A stretch of 64,000 bases of DNA from Tetramitus jugosus. Lineage: Eukaryota > Protista > Heterolobosea. The position numbers and the translations under genes were made by a program. The notes under the pieces were generated by a model. That model saw nothing but the letters and a program-made list of their open reading frames with translations. It did not search any database and had not been told where the DNA came from. Shown in pieces: positions 21,416 through 33,005 of the stretch; within the stretch, counting starts at the first letter, position 1; each line of letters opens with the position of its first letter. The stretch lies in the NCBI GenBank assembly GCA_937625935.1, contig OW569384.1, positions 62,001 to 126,000 on the forward strand. Direction: 5' to 3'.

Positions 21416-22051
21416 ATGACCAGAATTACGCCGATGAAAAAACGAACAAACACCCCTGTTGTTCGTGAGTATGAGAATCCACGCTATGCTGTGTGGACCA
21501 CAGCACCAAGAGGAACTGCTCCAAGCAGCAAGGAGGTCATCATCACTGGAAAGTGCGATGACTCTCCAAAAGCTGCCTTGGCCAAGAAAATTGGCTTGGA
21601 TTTTGGTGATTTGCTCACCAGGGTCCAAGTCATCAAGAAGGGCCCCAAGAGGTTTGTTGCGTGGGTAACTGTTGTTGATGACAACATTTACCCATTTGTT
21701 GAATCCTTCAACCGCAACAAGAAGATGAGTGGCTGCAAGGCAGCACTCAAGCACAACGTTGATTGTGACAAGAAGGTCGTCCTCCACGGAGTCAAAGGTA
21801 AGACGGAGGACGACATCAAGGCCATGCTCGGCACAACAAAGGTCAAGAATGTGCTCAAGAAGCACAACACTGCCTTTGTTGTGATGGAGTCTGAAACGTA
21901 TGCCGAAGCTTGGCTTCGGAACGTTCAAGCCATGCCAGTGGAGGTGGAAGCAAAACGCTTCCTTCCACGCCCACGTGACCCTGTCAAGGCTGTCAGCAAG
22001 AGGCTGACCAAGATGTATCAAGAACTCCTGGCTGTGGTGGACCAGCTATGA
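21416..22051 (+). CDS. Basic protein with two RRM-like folds (ORF1p-like or host RNA-binding protein)
   Basis: Two beta-alpha-beta-beta-alpha-beta patterns: EVIITG...TRVQVIKK..FVAWVTV and KVVLHGV..TEDDIKAML...NTAFVVMESETYAEAWL. Intact ORF, with C/G-ending codons more frequent than in the neighbours. Confidence 0.55.
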   Translation: MTRITPMKKRTNTPVVREYENPRYAVWTTAPRGTAPSSKEVIITGKCDDSPKAALAKKIGLDFGDLLTRVQVIKKGPKRFVAWVTVVDDNIYPFVESFNRNKKMSGCKAALKHNVDCDKKVVLHGVKGKTEDDIKAMLGTTKVKNVLKKHNTAFVVMESETYAEAWLRNVQAMPVEVEAKRFLPRPRDPVKAVSKRLTKMYQELLAVVDQL

Positions 22052-22094
22052 GGATTACCAAATTTGGCTTTTATTAATTTTTGTAAATTTTTTT

Positions 22095-22154
22095 TTAACG
22101 AGAGCTGGTGATTAGTAAATTAATCATGCATACAATACACTCAGCTCTCATTAA
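22095..22154. repeat. Imperfect 16-17 bp inverted repeat (hairpin)
   Basis: TTAACGAGAGCTGGTG ... CACTCAGCTCTCATTAA, lying between the convergent RRM ORF and the transposase remnant. Confidence 0.55.
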
Positions 22155-22211
22155 CAAAAGTCACACAAGCAATTGATTGAACACAAACATATTGTATGAA
22201 CACTAATTCTA

Positions 22212-24630
22212 TTAATTCAAATACAAAGATGATCCAATCTCCTCTGATATGAATGTATTGTATTCTTCTTTGGTCCACGCATACTGGAAACGAGAGGCAT
22301 TGCCAACATTCTGCTTAAAATAAGAATCGATATCAGACAGGATTGCAGTGAATCCATCTATTATCTTTGCATGCAGCAGTTTGATGGATCATATCTCCTG
22401 GTGGCAACAAATGAATCATACTTGTCACAAAGATGTTCCAACAAATTGTGATGCTTACTCAGATGATCAATACGACTGTTTATCACTGTCTTGCAATGCT
22501 CCTTCAACCAGTGGTTCATCACTTCATTCAACTCATCTAGTGCGATATATCTTCCAGCTTTGTGCTTGCACGGAACAACAAAGTTCAACTTCAACAGTTC
22601 CAAGTAATACTCGGGTATAACGTAGTTCAGATCCACGAGATGCTGAGCCAATCAATAATCTCTGATAGTTTGTCTTGTTCGTTCTGATACACAATCTCAG
22701 AGTCAACTTGATCATTGTCACTCGCAGATTCCAGTTCTTGAAACGAATTGCCTCGAACATTCTTCTGAAGCAGAGCCCATCTTCTGTGATGAATTGAAAC
22801 CATGGTTTCAAATGATTATTCTTGGCTAGACCATTTCCCCAATGTCTGAACCGTTCCAGATTCTTTTCCAGATTGTATTCTATTGCATGATCATCGATCT
22901 TCTGTACCATGAGATTCCACATCGAGTGATAGACAATCATCAACACATTCTTGGCCAATACGAAGTCTTTATCCTTCAGATCATACCACTCCTTGTCAAT
23001 ACCAACACCACATGACATCTCCTTCAATCCAAACTCACGGTATTGTATTCCAAGTCCATGGCATATCGCAAACATCAAATGTAGATCTCCATTCACCGCA
23101 TAGATTCCAGCTTTTTTGTCATCTTGTGCCGAATTGTCTTCTTGATCTGGATCAGAGAATGCTTTGGACTGCAACTTTCTGAAATTCTGATGAGTCTGTT
23201 GATCACCAAATATGAGAGAACACACTTGGTTCTTCTCGAAATCTAAAACATCACGGGCAACAGCAAGGATCTTGTTACAATCTACCTCACTGGAGCACTT
23301 CTGGTATAGAGCTGGCATCACTGCGTTATATCCATTCACGAACTTCTTGTTCGCTTCTTTGTTTATACTAGTCTCTTTCTCATGCTTACGGAGATCCGCA
23401 CCTGGTGCAAGTTTCAAAGTTCCAGATATTATCCTTATGGAGTTTAATTCTCCACTAATTCTACTTGAGAACTCCTGATCCATACACTTCACCCATATCT
23501 CGTTCTCAGAATCTGTCAATTCGAATATGTCACTGTCAATATCTTCGTAGGTAATCTGCCACAAAACTTTCTCCAGTAAAGTCTCTCGATAGCTTCGATA
23601 CATCTGCAGTCAAACCTAATCCTTGGTTAGTATTGACGATCTCATTCGGCACAGCCTTTGTGTTCCAAACAATTGTTCTCAACAACTTCAAATTCATACC
23701 AATCGTTTGATTATATACACTGCCGATAATTCCAGTAATGCTAAGCACAGCCTTATTCTTTTTGTTAAAGTATCGAAACTTTCTGTACAGAGATCTGGTT
23801 GGAGTCAGTTCATCTCTCCTTCTAATCATATCATTTTCCTTCATCAAATTTGTTGAATCACCAGACAAGCGATTCCGTTTGTTTCCGCATTTTTTTGGTA
23901 CCGCGAAACAGAGAATTGGACGATTAAACAAAGCCAAATTGGGCAATCATCGAGGCTGTGGTGGACGACCTCCGAGGTGCTCAAGAAAGCCAAGAAAGAG
24001 ATTGCTGCTCGGGCAGTCATGGTGGACCGTGCAAGAATCACAACCACCGAAGAAGATCTTTGTTGTCGAAAAGAAGATATTCTCAATGCTCTCATAAAGA
24101 GGGGTCTCTTAAAAAAGGACTGCAAGTGTCATCGATAGTACCAAGAAATGTACTGGTGCAAAGTATTGGGAGACAGCCACAGACACATCTTTTCCGTTTC
24201 CTAAAACTCAAGAATGTGCTTCAGGAATTCAAGTTGTTGCTGTTCATCCATTCTGTTGTAATCTTTTACAGGAATCGAGATGAGCAATAGAGTTCCTACT
24301 AAAATTTGTACCACCGAACATTTCATAAACGAAGCACACAATCTTTTCCAAGCTTATGGTCCATGCTCTTGTACTCTAGGTCTCTTTGAGACAGTGCTTC
24401 TTGGAGTTGAGAAACTTTATCAAAGAGTGTTTCATTCTCTTTTCTTAGTGCTTGTAAGTCCTCTTCCAAGGAATGACACCTCTTAGTCAGCTTATTGTTG
24501 TTGTTGTTCAACTTTTGAACCTCTTCACTCAACTTTTGGTTGCTGTTGGTCAACTTTTTGTTGTTTTCATTCAACTTTTGATTCTCTTTTCTTAGTCCTT
24601 GTAAGTCCTCTTCTGAGGTTGTTTTGTTTT
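22212..24630 (-). mobile_element. Frameshifted DUF6589/Academ-like DNA transposase pseudogene
   Basis: Consecutive frames (23946-23536, 23603-22533, 22651-22361) give KAVPNEIVNTNQGLGLT, IFGDQQT, NGDLHLMFAI, AIRFKNWNLRVTMIK...TNKTNYQRLL and AQHLVDL...FVV...IALDELNEVMNHWLK, in the order expected for this family. A coiled-coil remnant lies at 24323-24630. Confidence 0.62.
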
Positions 24631-25277
24631 TTCAATCCAACCGAAAATAAACAGCAAAAAAATCATTAATAAATACAAAAGAAATTGAGGTCGTTTTTTT
24701 GTTGCCGCAACACATCACAAAAATGTTGAAAATTTGTTCGTGCATAAATTTCACGCAGAACAAAGTGTGAAAAATTGTGAAAATAAAAAAAATATTTATG
24801 TAATAACATTTTTATTCAACTCTGTAACAACTTTGAAGTCTTTGCTATCGTATTTAATGTAAGATGTTTTTTCTCATGGCGGATGCTAATTGAGCAGACC
24901 CTTTCGGTTCTACCATTAATTCGTCAAGCCACAAATAACTTTGCAACCATTTTTTCTCCTCGAATCGAAGAAACAAGCACTTCTTGTCAGTATCATTACT
25001 TAGATGACCATCTTTGAAGTGTTGACTTGAATCGATCACTTCTTCCGGTAGTTGTGTCCTGTCCGTAGTCATGGTTGTTGTACTATAACATAATACATTT
25101 TCATCTTCAAGTAACATCACAAATTCCTCATCCAATGTTCACAATAAACCCTCCATGATCATGTGGCCATGGAACAATCTCACCCTCACACTCTACACCT
25201 AATACATCCTTCAATGTATCATTTCTTTAACTGGCTTTGGTAAAGAACTCTGTTTTCCTTGACCGATGTTAATGTGA

Positions 25278-25340
25278 CAAGGGGGAACAAAATATCTTAA
25301 ATTATTGAGTATTCCAAGGGGGAACAAGATATCTTGAATT
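25278..25340 (+). repeat. 26-bp direct repeat, two copies
   Basis: CAAGGGGGAACAAAATATCTTAAATT (25278) and CAAGGGGGAACAAGATATCTTGAATT (25315). Confidence 0.8.
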
Positions 25341-25466
25341 TTGTTTTCATCTACAGATGGCGCTTAATAAATCCGATTTTACAATCGATAATTACGCGCT
25401 CTACCTTCTGGAAATGAGAAAGCAAATCGTCTTCTTTCAAATCATCGGGTGTGACCAAGCATAATC

Positions 25467-25661
25467 CTAGATCTTTTGTTCGGAATCACAGAGGCGATTG
25501 GCTGGAGGGAGTGTGTTCGTACATGGAGTAACTCTCTTTCTTTCTGTCGATTGTGAGAAATGAATGTTTCTTGGGGCCGTTATTCCAGTCTTTATTCTCT
25601 CCAGAAGATCTAAAAATTCTTTATGAGACATACCCGTGTATGATATCAATAATTCGGTGTT
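25467..25661 (-). mobile_element. Probable N-terminal fragment of a PIF/Harbinger-ISL2EU (IS5-like) transposase
   Basis: LLISYTGMSHKEFLDLLERIKTGITAPRN...RKRVTPCTNTLPPANRL resembles the TGL...F..LL..I....R....L....RL segment that precedes the HTH in these transposases. Truncated, with no DDE region seen. Confidence 0.4.
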
Positions 25662-27029
25662 TTTTCAGAATATAGTTCCTTATAATTGTTTCTTTGTTCT
25701 CCTGAGATAAGAATTTCCTCGCCCAATAGCGGAAAAGCCGTTTAGCTCTGTTTGTTGGATGTGGTAATTTGATCAAAAGAGGTGGTGGAGCCGTAAAATT
25801 TTCGGGACGTATTTGATGTTACTGGATAGTCTTTTCTGAATGATATTTCGCAGATATTTTAAGTCATTTGAGAGTAAATGTAGTTGTGTTGATATTATTG
25901 TGTCTATATGGATAGGGGCGTTATAGAGAATCAACACCAGTTATCAGATTTACCGATGCTTTCGACAAAAAATCAAAAAAGAAAGAAAAAATAACTGAAA
26001 TATCATTTGAAATTGTATCCCCCTTCACTTCTTATTCAACTACCCGATCCATCAAATAAGTCGAAAAACTCTGTAGAAATGCTATCCAATTAGGAATAGG
26101 ACGTGGAAATTCTTTGATAAAGATAAGAAAGCGACAAGTTATTTGAAAAGATTTCCACGCCCACATGTCAGTTGGATATAGAGGCGCATCAAACGATCAG
26201 TTAGTTTTATCTTTTCCTGATCCAATGTCATTTCACTTTTGACAAAATGTTCTAAGCTTTGTGCTGATGGTGTTTTTCGTATTAAAGATCTTGGGCTGCA
26301 TACAACACCGATGCAACAACGTTAAAAATATATTAATTTTGCAAAAATTAATCCAAAAGAAATGAGTGAAAAAGTAGAACGTTTAACGCCATGACCAGAG
26401 TTGCGTCCAGTGTTGGTTTGTCATACTCTTGAGGACAATTTATTTGCACCCTGTAGCACGCTTCTCATGAATGTTTTCAATATCCATTCTTCCAAATTGT
26501 TGTTACTGTGAATTGTTTGTTTCTATTGTTTCTTGTCGTTGGAGTGTGAAAATAGGACAACTCAGATAAATGTTCGGTAAATTGAGCTGTTAAGAGTTAA
26601 TCCGATCAAACAAAGTGGTTACAGACTCGTGCTTCTTTTGTCGTTAACAAATGTACTGAAAAGACTGGATAGAGCAGCATCCTGCGAACTAATATGTGCT
26701 CCACCAGAACATTCCCATGACAGGCGTAAGTGGGCTAATTCTTGGACCAACAACCAAGAGTTTTTCCTTCGAGCTCACCTAGTGCACTCATTGGCTCTGT
26801 TTGTTTCACAACGCGATCGAATTAACGACCTATTCTGTCATCGACTCCCAGCCAGTGCATTGCATTCGAATACGAAACATCCAAGAGATGGTTTTCTCTG
26901 TTGAGTGTGACCCAAAGCAATGTCATGAGCTTCAAGATACGGTGATTTCTTTACTATCCATCTGATACATTTCAATGAAAGCCTTCATTGAAAACCCGAA
27001 AAAAACATCTCGCAAAGAAATGAACCACG

Positions 27030-28523
27030 ATGTCAGAGAATGATTTCAGTGATCCCTTCATGTTGTTGCCTGCTGATGAATCATCATCATCCTCATCGAC
27101 GATCAAACAACAACAAGCAAGAAGAAGAAGAAGAATAAAACAACCAACAACAGCTCTTCTTCATCACAACAACAACAACAATCTGATGATGCATTATCGT
27201 GATGAATCCAGTGTTCTTCAAGATCAGGTCAACCGTCTCCGTAGTAGTAGTACCAAGAACAAATGGATCCATGATGATCGCTTGCAGTCGTCATCTCCAC
27301 CACTTTTCGGCAAGACAAGCACAGAAGATGACAACAAAAAGCAGAACAAGAACAAGAGAGAACAAGAAGCGCCGCTTCTGGAGCTAAAGTCAAGTACAGG
27401 TTCTGTTCCCACTCTGCCGATAAGCAAGTTGAAGTCAACAGAGAGAACAAGGCAGCGCTACGGTTTTCCTACTGCTCTTCTGGCGTATGATGGTGGTGCA
27501 CACAAGAAGCAAAACAAAAAGAACAACAAACAAGCTGCTGCATATGGTGATGAAACTTTGGATGACGAAGGAAGAAGAGGGATCATTACGGGGAACAATG
27601 CAATGATCACAATGAATCCACTTAATTTTGATCAGAGGGACTTGGTGGCCATTCATGGGCAATTACAAAATTTTTTAATGTTTTGTTGTTGTCACGACGA
27701 GTATTTGAATTCGGTTGATGACGATGATCAGGACGAGAGTACCAATCGCACTAGTGGCAGTAATCGTCGTGTCACTGCTGATGCTGCTTCTCGAAAGAAG
27801 AGTAATAAGATGCATTATTTTGAAAAACAAATTTTGGAGAAGGAATTGGCAATTGAGATGCACAATGGTGGTGTATCATATATTGACCACTGGAGAAAAT
27901 TGTTGGTGAACAAGAAGCAGAGCGATGCTGCATCAAGTGATGATGAGGATCATGTAAATCGATTGATTGACAAAGAAATGAAACGATTGATACAACGAGG
28001 CAAGAAGAGAATGAGAGACATGTCAGCCGCTATCCAGTTTCTCATGACACAGCACATAGTGAGTGCGAGAGATGTGAGAAGGGCATATGAAACTGCGTAT
28101 GACAATCGCCAGAGACCACCACAGTCCAATCAGAGAATGAGCAATGTGTCAAGCAGCAGGAGTCAACGATCGATGATCCCAGTGAATTATGACTTACGGA
28201 GACAACACTTGTATAATGAGCAAGTCATGTCTGTATTTCAGGGCAAACATTCACACTTGTTTGATCCGTTTCACGGAATGGGAATAGAGCCTCCGTTGAA
28301 TAGCTCGTCATATGATCCTACACTGTTTCAGAATGCAGTATTTAACCCACCATTGAACAGCTCGAGAAGAGATGCTTTGCCAACAAGGGCTGCTGACTTG
28401 AATAGACCATCTCCAACAACAAATTATTATGGGCATGGAATGTTGAGAAATCAGAATGAGACGAGAAGAGAGTGGATCCCAATGATTCCACAGAGGCGTC
28501 AGAGATCCATGCGAAATTGGTAG
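27030..28523 (+). CDS. Hypothetical protein
   Basis: 497-aa ORF with host-like low-complexity tracts and no recognised domain. Confidence 0.75.
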   Translation: MSENDFSDPFMLLPADESSSSSSTIKQQQARRRRRIKQPTTALLHHNNNNNLMMHYRDESSVLQDQVNRLRSSSTKNKWIHDDRLQSSSPPLFGKTSTEDDNKKQNKNKREQEAPLLELKSSTGSVPTLPISKLKSTERTRQRYGFPTALLAYDGGAHKKQNKKNNKQAAAYGDETLDDEGRRGIITGNNAMITMNPLNFDQRDLVAIHGQLQNFLMFCCCHDEYLNSVDDDDQDESTNRTSGSNRRVTADAASRKKSNKMHYFEKQILEKELAIEMHNGGVSYIDHWRKLLVNKKQSDAASSDDEDHVNRLIDKEMKRLIQRGKKRMRDMSAAIQFLMTQHIVSARDVRRAYETAYDNRQRPPQSNQRMSNVSSSRSQRSMIPVNYDLRRQHLYNEQVMSVFQGKHSHLFDPFHGMGIEPPLNSSSYDPTLFQNAVFNPPLNSSRRDALPTRAADLNRPSPTTNYYGHGMLRNQNETRREWIPMIPQRRQRSMRNW

Positions 28524-28983
28524 CGAGTTAGTTCTACTCTGGAATCATGATCAAAACAGTTAGGCTCCTTCAGTTCCGCATTCCAACCAATTCCAGTTGA
28601 ATTATGACTTCACCGGATTGACAACACAGCACAGTGTTTTTCATTTGATTTATGGTGGTAATAGGGGTAGTGTAACAACAAAGAGTAACAATACTCCCAG
28701 AAGAATACTTGTTTTTGGAGGATCGCAACACGCTGGTTATTCCCGAATCGAAATTGAAGATAACTCAGCCTGTGGTGTTTTTCTTGGAACAAACTTATGA
28801 ATACACTGCTCTTTCAGTACCTTTTATTCTCGACAGGTGTTGATCGCAGCAAAAGGAGATTCTACTGGAGGAGAATTTTTGAGAAACTGCGTTGTAATCG
28901 CGACGTCCCTCAAAAAATCCTCACTTGTCAAGAAAAAAAATCAAACACAAAGGTTCACGTAGCAGTTCGAACTAACACCAACA

Positions 28984-29993
28984 ATGTCTCAGATAGATAC
29001 CTCAGCACCAGATACTGCTGTATGTCCTTTATGTTATTCGATGGAAAGGAATGTTTGTTTTGCGAGTTGTCCAGTGGGCTCGAGATATCGTCCTCCCACG
29101 GCCTGCATATAAAACAAGACAACGAAGCAATCAAAAACTGCTTCCAACAAGTTCCACCACTCCACCGAAAGGATAGTCGAAGTTACCTTGAATGCCGTTT
29201 CTGCCAAGCTGCTCAAGATCAGGATGTGAGAGCACTTGTTCCAATTTGTGAGAGATATGTGCGTGGACTTCTTGACAGCCTGCAAAAGAATAAAGAAGAA
29301 AGAAGGGTAATTACTGAACAGGAGTCGCATGCTAGTAGTCAAGATAATCGTTCTGAGCAAGCAGTGCGCAGCTCTCCGCCTGTTGCCTCGACATCCAGAA
29401 TATCAATTAACTTGAACACTGTAGAGGAACCATTCTACGTACGTTTATTGAAGAAAGGAGAGCCATCATCCATGATAGCCCTGTTGAGTGTAGCTGATAA
29501 GGAACTGTTGATCGAAATTAATGATCATTTGTACGAAACTGCGTACTCTGGAAACTACAAGCGAACTGAAGCATTGAGTGACGTTTTCGAGAGAGCATGT
29601 CGTATCATTATCCGCTTAAAGGAAAGCAAGATTAATTACGTACCATATGGTATTCTTGCATGGATGGCATGCAAAGGTAGAGATACTATCCCAGGCTACC
29701 AGCTCCAGGATCATCTTACGTCTGATGAGGAGTTAAGAAACAAGATTGGTGGTATTCCTATCCTTCCTTCTATATTACTATTGAGAGAAGATCATATCAC
29801 TCGTTGCTTCAATGTATTGGGAGAGATGGCGAAGATGTACAATGAATATGAGAAGAATGTGTGTGAACACCAGCCACCTCGCCTCCTTCGAGCCAGGTAC
29901 ACTTTACGTCCGGGTCGCCTTCACCCATATCATCGTCGGCGTTATCAGGTTGTGCGTACTGCACACAACTCATCAACGAATTATGAACAGTAA
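28984..29993 (+). pseudogene. Orphan Cys-motif/PY-NLS family, copy 1 (frameshifted near 29104-29112)
   Basis: ATG 28984 gives MSQIDTSAPDTAVCPLCYSMERNVCFASCPVGSRYRPPTACI*, matching the N-terminus of 40391..41536. Homology resumes in another frame at KQDNEAIK. Confidence 0.8.
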
Positions 29994-30391
29994 ACAGAGT
30001 CTTTCTTGTTTCGTGATATGATAATGCTTGAACGTATTGGTCAACAAGGGTAACAAGGCGATGGCAACGAAGCAGAGTACTTCATGGATTATAGCATCCA
30101 ACAGAACTCCTTCAGCCATCCTGAAGAGGAGTCATCCAATCCCTCCCGCTTATCGCATCGTCATCTTCAATGAAACATATTGGGTTCGAACGGATCTCTT
30201 TCTCAAGACAGACCGTAAATGTCGGGAGCGTCGTTCGAAGTTTGGCTGTTGAACTATTTTCGTACTTATTCGGATCCAAAAATTGTTTCCACTACTCATG
30301 AGTATTATCAATCAGCAGATTGGGTTCTGTCGCGAGCACTGAAAACGAAACACTTCTACGAACCCACAAATACCACAAATACAACAACAAG

Positions 30392-30607
30392 ATGATTAAG
30401 CGTCGCGAACCCATATTCTCTGGTATTTTTCCACTCAAGATCAAAGCCAATTTTCTGCCCAGAGTTCTTCTCGGTGTTGGTCTCGTTGCTTTCATGATCT
30501 CTCATCACGACGAAGAGCAGCATCGTAACTCTGTGTCAATGCACGACCCTTCAAGGCATCCTGCCACTCCTGGTTATCCAAAGAAGGCTCACCATGCTAA
30601 GCAATAA
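30392..30607 (+). CDS. Small single-TM protein (71 aa)
   Basis: MIKRREPIFSGIFPLKIKANFLPRVLLGVGLVAFMISHH...; A-rich start context, biased codons, stop overlaps AATAAA. Confidence 0.6.
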   Translation: MIKRREPIFSGIFPLKIKANFLPRVLLGVGLVAFMISHHDEEQHRNSVSMHDPSRHPATPGYPKKAHHAKQ

Positions 30608-30919
30608 ATACTGTCAAGTCATGTGTCACATTTATTCCTTCATCATGATGATCCGTTCGTTGCTCTTCGTTCAGAACCACAAGGACCGTAGAGCGTCTTC
30701 GAGATCCTAAAAATGAGCGAAAAAATGTCCTTACGCAGCCGAACGTTCAATCAAAATTCCAATTCGAGCCAATCAACAAGGACCGCCACATCATGCATCG
30801 ACGAAAAAAAAACTGCGAATTCCCAAGTTTCGACGCCGATAGAAAAAAAGCTTCGAACAACCATATAATATCACACGTGTGTGCAACAAAAAAAGTACAT
30901 ACCATAGCAACAAAAAAAA

Positions 30920-32257
30920 ATGTCTGTTCAAAGGAGTTTACTACTCACCGTTCCACACAAGGTTGGTGCACTCAAGAAATCACTGGACGTTCTCAGCTCT
31001 CTCAACATTAATCTGATCAAATTGGAGAGCAAACCAAGTCCAGGCAACCCTGCAAACAAGTACGAGTTTATTGTCGATGTGGAGGAGAGTGTTCCTCGGG
31101 ACAGTCTCCAACAAGCCATCAATAAGCTTCGAAACTCTCCTGATGCCTGTGAGCGAGTCACTCTTCTTGGATCGGAGAAAATACCATGGTTCCCGCGTAA
31201 AATTTCGGACATTGATTTCTTTCAGAAGCAAACACTAGAGGCGGGATCGGAGTTACAATCCGATCACCCGGGCTTTAGTGATGACGTCTACAGAGAGCGC
31301 AGAAAGCAAATTGCAGAGATTGCGCAATCATACAAACACGGAACACCCATTCCCCGTGTCAAATACACAAAGGAGGAACATGAGACATGGAAAGTTGTCT
31401 ACCAAAAGCTAACATCCTACTATCCAAAGTATGCTTGTTCACAGCTCAACTTTATCATGCCATTGCTTCAACAAAACTGTGGTTACTCTGAGAACAATAT
31501 TCCCCAGTTGGAAGACATTTCTCAGTTCCTAAAGTCGACCACTGGCTTTCGGTTGAGACCAGTGAGTGGTCTCTTATCTGGTCGTGATTTTCTCAATGGA
31601 TTGGCATTCCGTGTCTTCCATTCGACACAATACCTGAGACATCACACTCGTCCATTCTACACACCTGAGCCAGATATCGTCCATGAGTTGTTGGGTCATG
31701 CACCCATGTTTGCCGATCAGGACTTTGCAGAGTTTTCTCAAGAAATTGGATTGGCTTCCTTGGGCGCCACCGATGAGGATTTGAAGAAATTGGCCACACT
31801 GTACTGGTTCACTGTTGAATTTGGTGTGTGCAAGCAGGATGGTGAGAGAAGGGCGTATGGTGCTGGATTGTTGAGCTCGTTTGGAGAGCTCGAATACAGT
31901 ATGAGTTTGCATGCAGACAAGCCAAGGTTCCTACCTTTTGAACCCATGAAGACCTGTGATCAAGAATATCCAATCACAACCTATCAACCGTTGTACTTTG
32001 AGGCAGACAGCTTTGATCACATGAAGGAACAAATGCGAAAGTATGCCGGTCAACTCAACAGACCATTTGCCGTTCGTTACAACCCATACACGCTGAGTGT
32101 TGAAGTGTTGGATCATTCGAAGAAGCTCTTGCCTATTGCACACTCGCTGCAGTCTCAATTGGACACACTGAAGAGTGGTCTTGAAAAGTTGCGTACTTTG
32201 GAAGAGCGTCAACAAATTTTGGAGTTTGAGAGACTCGTGGGAGGACAACAACAGTAA
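30920..32257 (+). CDS. PAH: Phenylalanine 4-hydroxylase (ACT + biopterin-dependent hydroxylase domains)
   Basis: GAL...INLIKLESKPS, PWFPRKISDID, DHPGFSD, GLAFRVFHSTQYLRH, PEPDIVHELLGHAP, LYWFTVEFG, YGAGLLSSFGEL. Confidence 0.97.
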   Translation: MSVQRSLLLTVPHKVGALKKSLDVLSSLNINLIKLESKPSPGNPANKYEFIVDVEESVPRDSLQQAINKLRNSPDACERVTLLGSEKIPWFPRKISDIDFFQKQTLEAGSELQSDHPGFSDDVYRERRKQIAEIAQSYKHGTPIPRVKYTKEEHETWKVVYQKLTSYYPKYACSQLNFIMPLLQQNCGYSENNIPQLEDISQFLKSTTGFRLRPVSGLLSGRDFLNGLAFRVFHSTQYLRHHTRPFYTPEPDIVHELLGHAPMFADQDFAEFSQEIGLASLGATDEDLKKLATLYWFTVEFGVCKQDGERRAYGAGLLSSFGELEYSMSLHADKPRFLPFEPMKTCDQEYPITTYQPLYFEADSFDHMKEQMRKYAGQLNRPFAVRYNPYTLSVEVLDHSKKLLPIAHSLQSQLDTLKSGLEKLRTLEERQQILEFERLVGGQQQ

Positions 32258-32432
32258 GTTCGGAATATATAACACACAACAGCAAGGATAAGGACAACAA
32301 TCAAGATTTTTCAAAGAAGCTTAAATAAAGGAAACGGAACAAATTGCCCTAGGTGTAAATTGGATGGGTATTAGATTTCGAGTTATTCTTATTTATTTGG
32401 TTGTCGTTGTTCGTTGTGTGTGGTTTGGGTTC

Positions 32433-33005
32433 TTAGAGAGCTGGGGCGAATTGTGCATTTTGTTCCCTGACTTTTTGCATGTGAAGATTGAATTGTTCCA
32501 CATCGGCCAATCGCTGTGCTCGTCTCTCGATATTCTCCTGTGGAATATATCTCCAAAGACCCTTCTTCAACAGATTTGGCATGGAAACTGGTTGTGGCGT
32601 CACTTGCTTACCGTTCCATGTTTTTATGCCCCATGCGATACCATGTCTACCATCCTGTACAATGCAGTGATCATCACAGCAAAATTCGAAAAAAAAAATG
32701 CAAAAACAAAATGTGTGTCAACATCATCTATCTACACAATATAACAGTTCAAGTTCATTCATCCATCCATATATCGATTCAATCACACATACAGGTTGAA
32801 CATTGATTTTGGTCACTTGAAAGAAACATCCAGGTGTCCATTGCTTTTGTCTGAACAACATTCCAACACCATTTCTTGGCTGCAATGTCGCAATTTCAAA
32901 AAAGTTGTTTCCTCGTTTGGTTGCATTGATTTTTTTGGCAACGTCAATTGCCTTTGTTAGGATGTCTCTAGGCTTAGTTGCAATGTATGCGGCTTTGGAA
33001 CTCAT
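32433..33005 (-). CDS. MRPS34: Mitochondrial ribosomal protein mS34-like, 2 exons, intron 32792..32655
   Basis: NFFEIATLQPRNGVG...FRQKQW...FFQVTKINVQP|DGRHGIAWGIKTWNG...KKGLWRY. Confidence 0.82.

Noticed and set aside
26970-26993. 10-bp stem hairpin TTTCAATGAA-AGCC-TTCATTGAAA
   Set aside because: AT-rich and short, so compatible with chance; no second copy seen.
28797-28983. N-terminal extension of the 398-aa ORF in the track
   Set aside because: Paralog comparison shows the real start is ATG 28984 in another frame; the extension is promoter/UTR sequence read through by chance.
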